Assembly: GCA_048571215.1 (NCBI GenBank)
Contig: CP182352.1
Coordinates: 1 to 64,000 of the forward strand
Source: Halarcobacter sp.
GTDB taxonomy: Bacteria > Campylobacterota > Campylobacteria > Campylobacterales > Arcobacteraceae
DNA length: 64,000 nucleotides
Direction of reading: 5' to 3'
Position numbers and translations under genes: made by a program. Shown one piece after another: positions 52,374 through 61,440 of this stretch. Position 1 is the first letter of the stretch; the number at the start of each line of letters is the position of its first letter. The notes under the pieces were generated by a model. The model had not been told where the DNA came from. It did not search any database and saw only the letters and a list, made by a program, of their open reading frames with translations.

Positions 52374-53294
52374 TTAGTATAGTTTTTTATTTACTATATT
52401 TTCTTTTTTATTGTAAAGATTTATAATACTTCTTTCATACTCTTGTTCAAATATTGAAAAACCTCTAATATCTTTAGGTACTTTTAAGTCTAAAACTTCA
52501 AATACATCTAAACCATTTTTTAATCCATAGTTTATATTTTTTCTAATTGTTTTTAGATATTTTATATTTTCTTCTATAGCTTTTTTATTTTCAAAAACCA
52601 AACCATGCCCAGGGAAACAAAGTTTAAAATCTATATTTTTTAATTTATTTAAGCTTTCAATCCATTTATCCAAATTTGCATGGGGCGTTGCTAAAGCTCT
52701 ATGGTTAAATACTAAATCAGAAGCATATAAGATTTTTGTATTTTCATCATAGATTACTAAATCATCTTCAGTATGACCACTTAGATAAATAAAGTGAAGT
52801 TTATATCCATCAAAGTCCATAACTTTTTTATTAAGTATCTTATCAACTTTTTTTACTGAGGTATCAGTCATTGCCGAACCCACTAAATTTACAAGGTTTT
52901 CAATATATAAATTTCCATTTGTTTCAATCTCATCTGCTGTAAATTGTGTAGCAAAGATAGTGCTATCTTTAAAGGCATTATTTCCTAAAAAATGATCTGG
53001 ATGATGATGGGTATTTATCACATATTTTATAGGTTTGTTTGTAACTTTTGCAATAGCTTTTTTTAATTGTTTTCCATAATTAAAAGAGCTTCCTGTATCT
53101 ATTAAAATGACACTTTTATCAGTTTCAATAAAAGCAGTATTTGAAATATTTCCTCCATTTTTATTAGAAAAATACTCCTCCTTTCCATAGAAATAGTAGC
53201 TATTATTAGAAAGTTTTATGGGTTTTAATTTATAGTTAAACTCTTTTGATAATAAAGGTATAAAACAAATTAACAGGCTTATTAAGAGTCTCAT
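52374..53294 (-). CDS. Secreted MBL-fold zinc metallohydrolase (quinoprotein relay system type)
   Basis: Signal peptide, NGGNISN, LIDTG, THHHPDHFLGN, GHTEDD, PGHG; next to a SoxYZ-like gene. Confidence 0.85.
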   Translation of the reverse strand: MRLLISLLICFIPLLSKEFNYKLKPIKLSNNSYYFYGKEEYFSNKNGGNISNTAFIETDKSVILIDTGSSFNYGKQLKKAIAKVTNKPIKYVINTHHHPDHFLGNNAFKDSTIFATQFTADEIETNGNLYIENLVNLVGSAMTDTSVKKVDKILNKKVMDFDGYKLHFIYLSGHTEDDLVIYDENTKILYASDLVFNHRALATPHANLDKWIESLNKLKNIDFKLCFPGHGLVFENKKAIEENIKYLKTIRKNINYGLKNGLDVFEVLDLKVPKDIRGFSIFEQEYERSIINLYNKKENIVNKKLY

Positions 53295-54031
53295 TTTGTA
53301 TCCAATAAAAACTCATTTGCATCAATATCATAGAATTTTAGTTCATACTCTTTTGAAGCAGTTTTTGTTTCAAATATAAATCTAGGATTTTCACTAATTG
53401 GTGAATAAGTTTTGATTGTTGCTAAAGTCTTATCTTTAGTTTTTAGAACAATTTTATTGATATAAAAGGCACTATTACCAAATACTAAACCTGTTTCCAT
53501 AGGGTGAAAAATAGAACTTTTTATTCTATATGCATCATCTTTTTTAAAATATGTGATTTTACCCTTTCCTAAAAGTTTGTCAAAATCAGTATTACTTGAA
53601 GCTACACTTGCAACTGCACATCCTCCTCCAAAACTTTTGATATTGTTACTACCAATATGCCAAACCCCTTTTTCATCTAATACTAAAGCTCGAAGGGGTG
53701 TCTCTTGAGCTACTCTTATATTTAAAGAGATAAAAGGCAAAAGGTTTGTTAAATCCATATCTATAATTTTTGGAATAGGATTTAAATCAGCAAATAAAAT
53801 CATTCTTTTTGCATCTTTTATTTTTTTGGCATTGACTAAAATAGGAACCTGTACAGGGTTATCTGCAAAGCTTGGTACCTTTACGATAACATTTTTATCA
53901 TCAAAGATATACTCTTGATCCTTTATTATCTGTTTTATAATATCCTCAAATGTTGGAGATATGATGGGATTTTTAGCATATAAATTATGCGAAAATAAAA
54001 AAGATACTAGTAACAAGAGTATATGTTTCAT
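53291..54031 (-). CDS. Quinoprotein dehydrogenase-associated fused SoxYZ-like carrier
   Basis: Signal peptide; SoxY-like half ending GGGCA; SoxZ-like half with HPMETG and ISENP. Confidence 0.85.
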   Translation of the reverse strand: MKHILLLLVSFLFSHNLYAKNPIISPTFEDIIKQIIKDQEYIFDDKNVIVKVPSFADNPVQVPILVNAKKIKDAKRMILFADLNPIPKIIDMDLTNLLPFISLNIRVAQETPLRALVLDEKGVWHIGSNNIKSFGGGCAVASVASSNTDFDKLLGKGKITYFKKDDAYRIKSSIFHPMETGLVFGNSAFYINKIVLKTKDKTLATIKTYSPISENPRFIFETKTASKEYELKFYDIDANEFLLDTK

Positions 54032-54041
54032 GATAATTCCT

Positions 54042-54911
54042 TTATTGTGTTCTTGAAATTGGTGGTAGATAATCTACCCCATATTTTTCAAATATTTTTT
54101 TAATATTGCCTTTTTCATATTGTTGAGAGATAACTCCATCAATATAATAACTAAGTGGTTTATAACTAATTTCTACAGCTGTTGCCAAATCCCAGTGATT
54201 TCTTGCCACTTGTGGAATCGAATCACTTATGTAAATTTTGTCTTTGTTGTGTTTATAATCTAGATAAAATTCTAATTGAGATTTTAATCCTGCAATTGCA
54301 TCAAGTTTCCCATTTTTGAAATCTTTTATTGCATCTTCAAAATGGAAGTAGTGTTTAACATTTTTATTAATAAGTCCTCTGGCAAAAGCTGATAAGTGGG
54401 CATCTGGAAGCGTATCAAGTTCAACACCAACAGTTTGATATGCAAATATACCTAGTGTTGTGATTTTAGGGATTATTTTTTTATGAGTTGCAATCACCCA
54501 TTTTTCACTATGGTATGGTCCTTTTATTGAGACCATTTCAGTTTCAAGTTCACCTGTTTGTTTATCTGTAAGTCTCATATAATCATAATCATATGGGATT
54601 CTAAACATCATATCAGCTTTATTTTTATGAACTAAATTACCTTTCCAAATTACATTTCTTAAATCATCAGACAATGTTTCATCTGATCCTGTTAAATACC
54701 ATTTTGCTTTTACCCCTAGTGATTTAGCAATGATTTTTCCAAGATCAACATCTATCCCTTTTAGTTTCCCTTTTTCTTCAAATGAATAGGGTGGAAAGTC
54801 TTTATATACAGCAATCATAATATAACCACTGTCTTTAATCTCCTCAATACTTCGTGCATTTGCAAAGACTACTAAAAGAATAAATATTGTAGATAATTTA
54901 AGAAGTTTCAT
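54042..54911 (-). CDS. Periplasmic binding protein, family 3, of the type associated with quinoprotein dehydrogenases
   Basis: Signal peptide, VYKDFPPYS, GIDVDLG, DDLRNVIWKG, RIPYD; follows pedF. Confidence 0.8.
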   Translation of the reverse strand: MKLLKLSTIFILLVVFANARSIEEIKDSGYIMIAVYKDFPPYSFEEKGKLKGIDVDLGKIIAKSLGVKAKWYLTGSDETLSDDLRNVIWKGNLVHKNKADMMFRIPYDYDYMRLTDKQTGELETEMVSIKGPYHSEKWVIATHKKIIPKITTLGIFAYQTVGVELDTLPDAHLSAFARGLINKNVKHYFHFEDAIKDFKNGKLDAIAGLKSQLEFYLDYKHNKDKIYISDSIPQVARNHWDLATAVEISYKPLSYYIDGVISQQYEKGNIKKIFEKYGVDYLPPISRTQ

Positions 54912-54912
54912 C

Positions 54913-55332
54913 TTATTCTAAACCAGCTTCTATTCTTTGAGATACTATATATGTTCTAATAGCCCAAATAGCTTCTTGACTTAATACTTCTGCAAATGAT
55001 GGCATATAAACATTACCATTTCTAGTTACACCACTTAAAACTTTACTAATAAAATAAGCATCTTCATCAGTTGGTAATTCTCTTAAATCAGGAGCAATAC
55101 CACCTGAAATAACATCTAAACCATGACATCTTGCACAGTTTTCACTATAACCTATTTTACCTACTTCTTGAGCTCTAGCATTTTCTTGTTTATATGGATT
55201 TTCGTCAAACCATTGATCTCCAAATTGTTTTAATCCTGTTGTGTCAACTTTTTGAGGTGTTACACTTCCATGTCCAAAAGCAAACACTGTTGCAAATAAA
55301 GTTGCAAAACCTAATTTTTGAATTTTATTCAT
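54913..55332 (-). CDS. pedF: Cytochrome c550, PedF/ExaB type
   Basis: Mature N-terminus HGSVTPQKVDTTGL, heme motif CARCH, GGIAPDLR, YMP axial Met, QEAIWAIRTY. Confidence 0.9.
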   Translation of the reverse strand: MNKIQKLGFATLFATVFAFGHGSVTPQKVDTTGLKQFGDQWFDENPYKQENARAQEVGKIGYSENCARCHGLDVISGGIAPDLRELPTDEDAYFISKVLSGVTRNGNVYMPSFAEVLSQEAIWAIRTYIVSQRIEAGLE

Positions 55333-55381
55333 ATTCTTTTCCTTTGAGATTTTTTTTAGATTTTGGAATTATATATGCTTT

Positions 55382-55399
55382 ATATAGCCTGATTATAGC
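55382..55399 (-). promoter_or_regulatory. Direct-repeat box 1 (pedF promoter)
   Basis: Minus strand GCTATAA-TCAG-GCTATAT, then 8 nt, then TATAAT. Confidence 0.8.
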
Positions 55400-55420
55400 G
55401 AGTAAAAAGTTTTGAATATT

Positions 55421-55438
55421 GCTAAATTGAGGCTATAA
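55421..55438 (+). promoter_or_regulatory. Direct-repeat box 2 (ABC operon promoter)
   Basis: GCTAAAT-TGAG-GCTATAA, then 8 nt, then TACAAT. Confidence 0.85.
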
Positions 55439-55478
55439 ATCTGTTATACAATTTGAGAATAATTTTTAAGGATTGAAA

Positions 55479-56453
55479 ATGAAAAAACATATTATTCTAT
55501 TTTTTATATGTAGTTTAGTTTTAGTTTTTGCTAATGATAAATTAAAAATTGGAGTCTTATCTTATGGAACAGTTAATTGGGAATTAGATGTTTTAAAACA
55601 TCATAATTTAGATAAAAAGTATGGCTTTGATTTAGAGTTAGTAAATATAGCTTCAAAAAATGCTCAATCAATAGCTTTATTGGCAAATGAAGTAGATATG
55701 ATAGTTCATGATTGGGTTTGGATAAATTTACAGAAAAGTAAAAATAGAGATTATATGTTTTATCCCTATTCAAAAGCTACAGGTACATTAGTTGTAAATC
55801 AAAATATAAAAGATTTTGCAGATTTAAAAGAAAAAGAACTAGGAATAGCTGGGGGAAAGTACTCTAAAACTTGGCTTTTATTTAAGGCTTTTTATGAAAA
55901 AAAATATCAAAAAGATTTTCAAGATGAGGTTTCTGTCTTATATGCATCCCCTTCAATTTTATATTTGAAGATGTTAAACAACTCTTTAGATGCAGCAATT
56001 AATTTTTGGCATTTTAATTCAAAGTTGGAACCAAAAGGGATTAGACCACTTATCTCTATAAAAGAGGTTTTAAATGAAATAGGAATTAAATCGGATATAC
56101 CTTTTATAGGTTGGACGTTTTCAAAGAAGTTTGCTATGAAGAATAAAAAACTTATAAACTCTTTTATAAGTGCAAGTCATGAAGCAAAAGAGATTTTAAA
56201 AAATAGCGATGAAGAGTGGAATAGAATAAAAAGAATAATGAAAGTAAAAGATATAAAAACTTTCAATGCATTAAAAAACGGATATAAAAAAGGGATAATA
56301 AATCATCTTGATAAAACAACAATTGAAGATATGAAAAAAGTTTATACCATATTGGCAAAACAAAGTGGTTTTAAATATGTGGATAAAAACAGCACTTTAG
56401 ATGAAAGTATTTTTTGGAATTTTAATAAAGTAAAGTTAAAAGCAAATGAATAA
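55479..56453 (+). CDS. ABC transporter substrate-binding protein (TauA/SsuA-like fold)
   Basis: Signal peptide, GTVNWEL, DWVW, AINFWHF; ATG 55479 after AAGGA. Confidence 0.85.
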   Translation: MKKHIILFFICSLVLVFANDKLKIGVLSYGTVNWELDVLKHHNLDKKYGFDLELVNIASKNAQSIALLANEVDMIVHDWVWINLQKSKNRDYMFYPYSKATGTLVVNQNIKDFADLKEKELGIAGGKYSKTWLLFKAFYEKKYQKDFQDEVSVLYASPSILYLKMLNNSLDAAINFWHFNSKLEPKGIRPLISIKEVLNEIGIKSDIPFIGWTFSKKFAMKNKKLINSFISASHEAKEILKNSDEEWNRIKRIMKVKDIKTFNALKNGYKKGIINHLDKTTIEDMKKVYTILAKQSGFKYVDKNSTLDESIFWNFNKVKLKANE

Positions 56454-57183
56454 TACCCAATCTAAAATATGTGCTATTTTAATATTTGTAATAATCTGGC
56501 AAGGAGGATCTTTAATGGTAGATTCAAGCCTTTTCCCAAGTGCGATGGATGTGCTTAGGAATCTTTATTATAATATCTTTGAAGATGATTTATTACATCA
56601 CCTTTTTATTACTTTGTATAGGGTATTTATCTGTTTTTTTATAACTTTGTTTATAGGGATGATAATGGGTTTATTAATGGGTTTTTATGAGGAGTTAAAT
56701 GAGGTTTTAGATTTTGTATTGATTTTGGCTTTAAATATCCCAGCACTAGTAACAATAATTATTTGTTATATTTGGTTTGGGCTTACAGATTTTGCAGCTA
56801 TTTTAGCTGTAGTTATAAATAAAGTTCCCATAGTAATAGTAAATATTAGAGAGGGAACTAGGGCTATGGATAAGAAATATAGCGATTTTGCAAAGGTTTA
56901 TAAATTATCACAAAAAGAGGTTTATAAAAATGTGTATCTACCCCAATTATTCCCTTATATAATGGCTACAGTTAGACTTTGTTTATCCTTGATTTGGAAA
57001 ATTGTTTTAGTGGTTGAACTATTAGGAAGAAGTGATGGTATTGGTTTCCAAATCTCGCAGTTTTTTCAGTTTTTTGATATCACATCAATCTTATCATATA
57101 CAATATCTTTTGTTACTGTGGTGGTTTTAATAGAAAGTTATATATTAAAACCTTTAGAATTAAAAACTAAAAGATGGAAATAA
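56446..57183 (+). CDS. ABC transporter permease (TauC/SsuC-like)
   Basis: TLYRV, LNIPALV, LPQLFPY, WKIVLVVELLGRSDGIG. Confidence 0.88.
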   Translation: MNNTQSKICAILIFVIIWQGGSLMVDSSLFPSAMDVLRNLYYNIFEDDLLHHLFITLYRVFICFFITLFIGMIMGLLMGFYEELNEVLDFVLILALNIPALVTIIICYIWFGLTDFAAILAVVINKVPIVIVNIREGTRAMDKKYSDFAKVYKLSQKEVYKNVYLPQLFPYIMATVRLCLSLIWKIVLVVELLGRSDGIGFQISQFFQFFDITSILSYTISFVTVVVLIESYILKPLELKTKRWK

Positions 57184-57184
57184 G

Positions 57185-57883
57185 ATGATAAGTATAAATA
57201 TTAATGAGAAGCGTTTTAATGAAACTGTCATTTTAAAAGATCTAGATTTTTCTTTAAACAAAAGTGAATTTATATCTATAATTGGACCATCAGGTTGTGG
57301 TAAATCAACCCTACTTAATATAATCTCTTTTTTAGATAATGATTATGTAGGGAAGATTAAAGGGGAGTTTTCAAATATATCTTTTATGTTTCAAGATCAT
57401 AGACTTCTTCCTTGGCTTAGCGTAAAAGATAATCTATTGTTGGTTTCAAAAACAAAAGATGAAAAAGAGATTATTGATTTATTAGAACTTATAGGTTTAG
57501 AAAATATATTGCATGAATATCCTAATAATCTATCAGGGGGGATGTTAAGACGTGTTTCTTTAGTTAGAGCTTTTATCAACAAACCCGATTTGATACTTTT
57601 AGATGAACCTTTTATCTCTTTAGATTATCCAACTTCACAAGCTTTAAAAAAAGAGCTTTTAGCTTTTTATAATAGGTTTAAAGCAACTATAATTTTAGTT
57701 ACACACGATATAAGTGAGGCTATATTATTATCAAATAGGATTTTGTTTTTTAGTAAAAATCCAGCAAAAGTTTTATTAGATTTCAAAAATCATGATAATC
57801 AAGTTTTTAATCAAAAAAGAAATGATGAGATAAAAAACAAAATTTTAGAAAAATATCCAAAAATATTAGAAGGAAAATTATGA
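57185..57883 (+). CDS. ABC transporter ATP-binding protein (TauB/SsuB-like)
   Basis: GPSGCGKST, FQDHRLLPW, LSGGM, LLDEPF, VTHD. Confidence 0.92.
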   Translation: MISININEKRFNETVILKDLDFSLNKSEFISIIGPSGCGKSTLLNIISFLDNDYVGKIKGEFSNISFMFQDHRLLPWLSVKDNLLLVSKTKDEKEIIDLLELIGLENILHEYPNNLSGGMLRRVSLVRAFINKPDLILLDEPFISLDYPTSQALKKELLAFYNRFKATIILVTHDISEAILLSNRILFFSKNPAKVLLDFKNHDNQVFNQKRNDEIKNKILEKYPKILEGKL

Positions 57884-58290
57884 TTACATACAAAAAAAGC
57901 ATAGCTATAGCGCTATTATTAACAGCCTTAAACCTAGATGCTCAAAAAATACAGGTTTTTAAACCAATTGCAAGTACTTGTCCACAAAATTGGTTGGAAG
58001 ATATGAAAGAGTTAACTAATGAAGTTGAAATTGTAAATTTAAAAGATGTAAAAAGATTAAAACATGAGATGAAAATTCCCTATGAATTACGCTCTTGCAA
58101 TACCTCTATTATGGATGATTATATATTTGAAGGAAATGTACCTAAAGAAGCTATGAAAGAGTTTTTAAAAAACCCTGTTAAAGATGCTTTAGGACTTAGC
58201 TTACCAGCCTCAGAAAATCTTAAAAAAGAGAAAACTGTATATATACTTTTTAAAAACAATACTTATAAAGTTTTTGGAAAATACAAGTAG
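57880..58290 (+). CDS. Secreted DUF411/CopG-like protein with degenerate metal ligands
   Basis: Signal peptide; IPYELRSCNTS, YIFEGNVP, GLSLP align with the DUF411 SCHTA, EGHVP, GLAVP motifs. Confidence 0.65.
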   Translation: MITYKKSIAIALLLTALNLDAQKIQVFKPIASTCPQNWLEDMKELTNEVEIVNLKDVKRLKHEMKIPYELRSCNTSIMDDYIFEGNVPKEAMKEFLKNPVKDALGLSLPASENLKKEKTVYILFKNNTYKVFGKYK

Positions 58291-58310
58291 CTTTAAGCTA
58301 TTTGTATTTT
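58278..58310 (+). terminator. Hairpin at the end of the ABC-DUF411 operon
   Basis: AAAATACAAGTAGCT...AGCTATTTGTATTTT. Confidence 0.6.
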
Positions 58311-58373
58311 ATTAAAAATAAACAATAAAATATTAGATAAATAAGTTATTAAATTTTTTATTTTACCCATATA

Positions 58374-58391
58374 GCTATAATCTAGCTATAT
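58374..58391 (+). promoter_or_regulatory. Direct-repeat box 3 (porin promoter)
   Basis: GCTATAA-TCTA-GCTATAT, then 8 nt, then TATAAT. Confidence 0.75.
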
Positions 58392-58452
58392 CAAAAAGTT
58401 ATAATTTTAATCAAGCTTTTATTAGTTTGACAAAATTATATAGGGGAAAGAA

Positions 58453-59655
58453 ATGAAAAAAAGGCTAGGGTTAATTAGTTTAGTTGCATCAATTGCAGTT
58501 ACATCTATGCAAGCGGGAGAGTTAGATTTAATCTCAGATTTAAAGATTAGTGGAGATGCAAGAGTTAGAGGAGTTTCAGTAAAGGGTGATACTGCAACTT
58601 CAGGTTCAACAGCTGCTACAAGACAAGATAAACAAAAATTTGAGTCAAGACTTAGATTAAATCTTGATTTTAAAGTAGATGATAGTGTAAGTATACATAC
58701 TAGAATTGTTGCAGATAATAATGCATGGGGAAACAATAATAATGATACTTTTACTTGGGATGAAGCTTATGTTGTTGTCCCATTCAATCAAGATAAGTTT
58801 TTATTAGCTGGTAGAATAGAAGATAGTTATGGTACTAAATTTTATGGTAGTAATGGTGATCCTATTGATTTAGCTTTAGTGGGATATAACCCAAAACCAA
58901 ATATTTTATTATATGCTTTTGATTATAAAGCAGTTGAGGGGTCTGTTGTAGATCAAGGTTCAAGTCTAGGTTTAAGTAATACTGGAAATGGGGACTTTGA
59001 CGCATACTCTATTGGTGGGCAAATCACTATTGATGAGATGTTAATGGGTGGTAGATATGTTTATTTACAAAATAATACTGCAATTGGTGGTGGCGCTTAC
59101 GCAGATGCAAATAGCCATATGTATAATGCTTTTGCCCTTGGGAAATATGCAGGACTTGATATTCAAGCACAAGTTGAAAAAAGAACAGGGGATAAATACT
59201 CTGGTGGTATTGTTGATGAAAAGATGTTTGGTGCATATCTAAATATAGCAAAAGATTTTGGAGATTTCAAAGCAGGACTTTCTGCTGTTAAAACTGAAAA
59301 GGGTTATGTTTCTGGCTCTGAATTACCTGTGTCATATTTAACTAATGATGATTTAGGTATGGCTGCACTTGGTAGAGTTGGAGCTTATGGAGATACTTCA
59401 CTTTATGCAGCAAATTTTTCTTATTCTCCTAGTGCAGATTTAACTTTTGAAGCAAATCTTGCTCATCATTCTATTGATAATGCAAGTTTTAATAGTATAA
59501 ATAAAGATTTAGAAATAATGGAATATGATGTAGGTTTATCTTATAATCTTACAAAAAACACTCAATTATCTTTAAGATATGCACAGGGTAATTTTGATGA
59601 GGGGAATTTAGAGGATCTATCAGTAGTAGTTGGTGCAGTAGAAATTAGTTTTTAA
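58453..59655 (+). CDS. Outer-membrane beta-barrel porin
   Basis: Signal peptide, first strand ISGDARVR, alternating amphipathic strands, terminal VEISF. Confidence 0.85.
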   Translation: MKKRLGLISLVASIAVTSMQAGELDLISDLKISGDARVRGVSVKGDTATSGSTAATRQDKQKFESRLRLNLDFKVDDSVSIHTRIVADNNAWGNNNNDTFTWDEAYVVVPFNQDKFLLAGRIEDSYGTKFYGSNGDPIDLALVGYNPKPNILLYAFDYKAVEGSVVDQGSSLGLSNTGNGDFDAYSIGGQITIDEMLMGGRYVYLQNNTAIGGGAYADANSHMYNAFALGKYAGLDIQAQVEKRTGDKYSGGIVDEKMFGAYLNIAKDFGDFKAGLSAVKTEKGYVSGSELPVSYLTNDDLGMAALGRVGAYGDTSLYAANFSYSPSADLTFEANLAHHSIDNASFNSINKDLEIMEYDVGLSYNLTKNTQLSLRYAQGNFDEGNLEDLSVVVGAVEISF

Positions 59656-59665
59656 TCTTAAAACA

Positions 59666-59698
59666 TAGTAAAAAGATTCATGATGAATCTTTTTACTA
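59666..59698. terminator. Bidirectional terminator
   Basis: TAGTAAAAAGATTCA-TGA-TGAATCTTTTTACTA perfect inverted repeat between convergent genes. Confidence 0.8.
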
Positions 59699-59701
59699 AA
59701 T

Positions 59702-60166
59702 TTAAAAAATAACCTCTTCAATAATCTTTTTTATATTTTCATTTATCTCTTTTGCCATTTTTTCATCTTTTTTCAAAGGTTTAAATTTCATATATGAAAT
59801 GTAAAAGAAGTTTTGATTTTTTGTTTTATAAACAGCAAGTGAAAATGGACAAAAAAGAATATTATCTGGATTTTCAGCTAAAAGTCTAAAGGTAACAGAA
59901 CTTTTGCAAAAGGCAAGTTTTTTACTAAATTCTAAGTTAGATTTTTTATCTATAAGTTTTCCAATATTTTTAGTAAGCTTTGCAAAATCACCTTCATAGA
60001 CTATTTTATATCCATTTGCAAGTAGTTCATTTTTTAAAAGTAAGTATGTAGTTTGAATACTCTCTTGGCTTAGTTTATATTTTACAAAATAATCAGTCTC
60101 ATAAACTTCAATTTTAGCAAACAGCGTAGAAAAAAGTAAAATTATAAGTATAAGATATTTTATCAT
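59702..60166 (-). CDS. Secreted DUF302-like protein
   Basis: Signal peptide, LAFCKS, ILFCPFSLAVY, ISY. Confidence 0.7.
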   Translation of the reverse strand: MIKYLILIILLFSTLFAKIEVYETDYFVKYKLSQESIQTTYLLLKNELLANGYKIVYEGDFAKLTKNIGKLIDKKSNLEFSKKLAFCKSSVTFRLLAENPDNILFCPFSLAVYKTKNQNFFYISYMKFKPLKKDEKMAKEINENIKKIIEEVIF

Positions 60167-61311
60167 TGTTCACATCTCATCTCAAACTTTGCAACACCTA
60201 AGGTATCTAAATCTGTTAGGGGATGTAAGAATCCAACTTGTGGGGAAGTTGATATTAGTGCTCTTGGTTGAACTAAGGCTATTGGGGTTCTTAATTGACC
60301 ATTAAAGTCTCTAAAAGAGAGCTTTCTTCCCATATATGCACCAATTTCAAACTCTTTTGAACGTATAAATTTTATATTTTTTTCCAATGAAGCTGTTTGG
60401 GTTTTTGCAATTGAACTAATAATTGTTCTAATAGCAACCCAGTTTGAAAAATCTTTTTGTTCCATCCATCTTTTAGCAAATTTTTCAAATCTGCTTTGCA
60501 TTTGTGCAGCTCCCCAGGCTTCTATTACTTTATGCCATTGTAAAGGTTTAAGTCCTTGAGTTCCAGCTATTGGTCTAGGAAGCCAGGTATTAAAAGATAA
60601 AAACTCACCAAAATCTCCATAAAAATCTGCCACCATTACAAGATCATAATCGCTAGCTTGTGTAAATGCTGGAAATTCAGCTGTTGCTTTTCTTCTAATA
60701 TCACTATTGTTTTCCCAAACTTTTTCTTTAACAATAGAAGCACCAAATTTTTTGATTGACTTTTTCATATCCTTTTTTATCTCAATATCTTTTGGATTTG
60801 TTCCACTAATCAAAAAAATCTTTTTAAAATTTCGTTTTACTAAAAACTGAACTAGTCCATCATAAAGCATACTATTACTAGGAATTGTATGTATAAAGTT
60901 TTGTTTACAATAGTCTTTTCTAAGATTTGTATTAAGACTGCTTGCATTTATAAGTAAGGCTTTTGAAGATAATTTAGAATTGATTAGTTTTTTTAGTAAT
61001 TTAGTTTCAACATTTAGTATAATATATGAGTTCCCTTCATTTATAAACTTATTAAAAGCTTCAATAAGTTCATTTTCATCATAAGATATTTTTTCAATTA
61101 GATTAAAATGTTGGTTTAGAAATCTTGCACTTTTATTACTATCTTTTACTGCAAGTCTTGCACCTTGTATTCCTAAATCTTTTGGTTCTTCAATTACATT
61201 TGAAAGTACGGGTGGTTTTTTAATTTTTTGTTCTAGGTATAAAATATTTACATCCAAAGTTTGTGCACTTAAAAAACTTGTTAATAAAAATAAATAGATA
61301 ACTAATCTCAT
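60163..61311 (-). CDS. ABC substrate-binding protein of PQQ-dependent alcohol dehydrogenase systems (branched-chain-type fold)
   Basis: GARLAVKDSNKSARFLNQ, HTIPS, ADFYGDFG, WLPRPIAGTQGL, WGAAQMQSRF, SPQVGFLHP, LDTLG; ATG 61311 with signal peptide and AAGGGA RBS. Confidence 0.87.
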   Translation of the reverse strand: MRLVIYLFLLTSFLSAQTLDVNILYLEQKIKKPPVLSNVIEEPKDLGIQGARLAVKDSNKSARFLNQHFNLIEKISYDENELIEAFNKFINEGNSYIILNVETKLLKKLINSKLSSKALLINASSLNTNLRKDYCKQNFIHTIPSNSMLYDGLVQFLVKRNFKKIFLISGTNPKDIEIKKDMKKSIKKFGASIVKEKVWENNSDIRRKATAEFPAFTQASDYDLVMVADFYGDFGEFLSFNTWLPRPIAGTQGLKPLQWHKVIEAWGAAQMQSRFEKFAKRWMEQKDFSNWVAIRTIISSIAKTQTASLEKNIKFIRSKEFEIGAYMGRKLSFRDFNGQLRTPIALVQPRALISTSPQVGFLHPLTDLDTLGVAKFEMRCEQ

Positions 61312-61351
61312 AGTATCCCTTTTAATTGATTTTAATAAGTATATTAAAGTT

Positions 61352-61369
61352 TTATAGCCTGAATTTAGC
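61352..61369 (-). promoter_or_regulatory. Direct-repeat box 4 (SBP-DUF302 promoter)
   Basis: Minus strand GCTAAAT-TCAG-GCTATAA, then 8 nt, then TATACT. Confidence 0.85.
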
Positions 61370-61381
61370 AAGAATTACCTT

Positions 61382-61399
61382 GCTAAACTGAGGCTATAA
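61382..61399 (+). promoter_or_regulatory. Direct-repeat box 5 (beta-propeller/ABC promoter)
   Basis: GCTAAAC-TGAG-GCTATAA, then 8 nt, then TAGAAT. Confidence 0.85.
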
Positions 61400-61440
61400 A
61401 GATGGTATAGAATGGCATAAATAAAAAATTGGAGTGGGAA

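Noticed and set aside
53291..54031. True sulfur-oxidation soxYZ
   Set aside because: Fused architecture with an internal GGGC, no soxABX/CD in the window, and quinoprotein-type neighbours.
57901..57919. GCTATA-GC-GCTATT as a seventh regulatory box
   Set aside because: Half-site period is 8 rather than 11, it lies within coding sequence, and it is explained by Ile/Ala codons.
61312..61371. N-terminal extension of the SBP ORF to 61371, as in the ORF track
   Set aside because: It would overlap the gene's own promoter box; ATG 61311 has an SD and begins a clean signal peptide.
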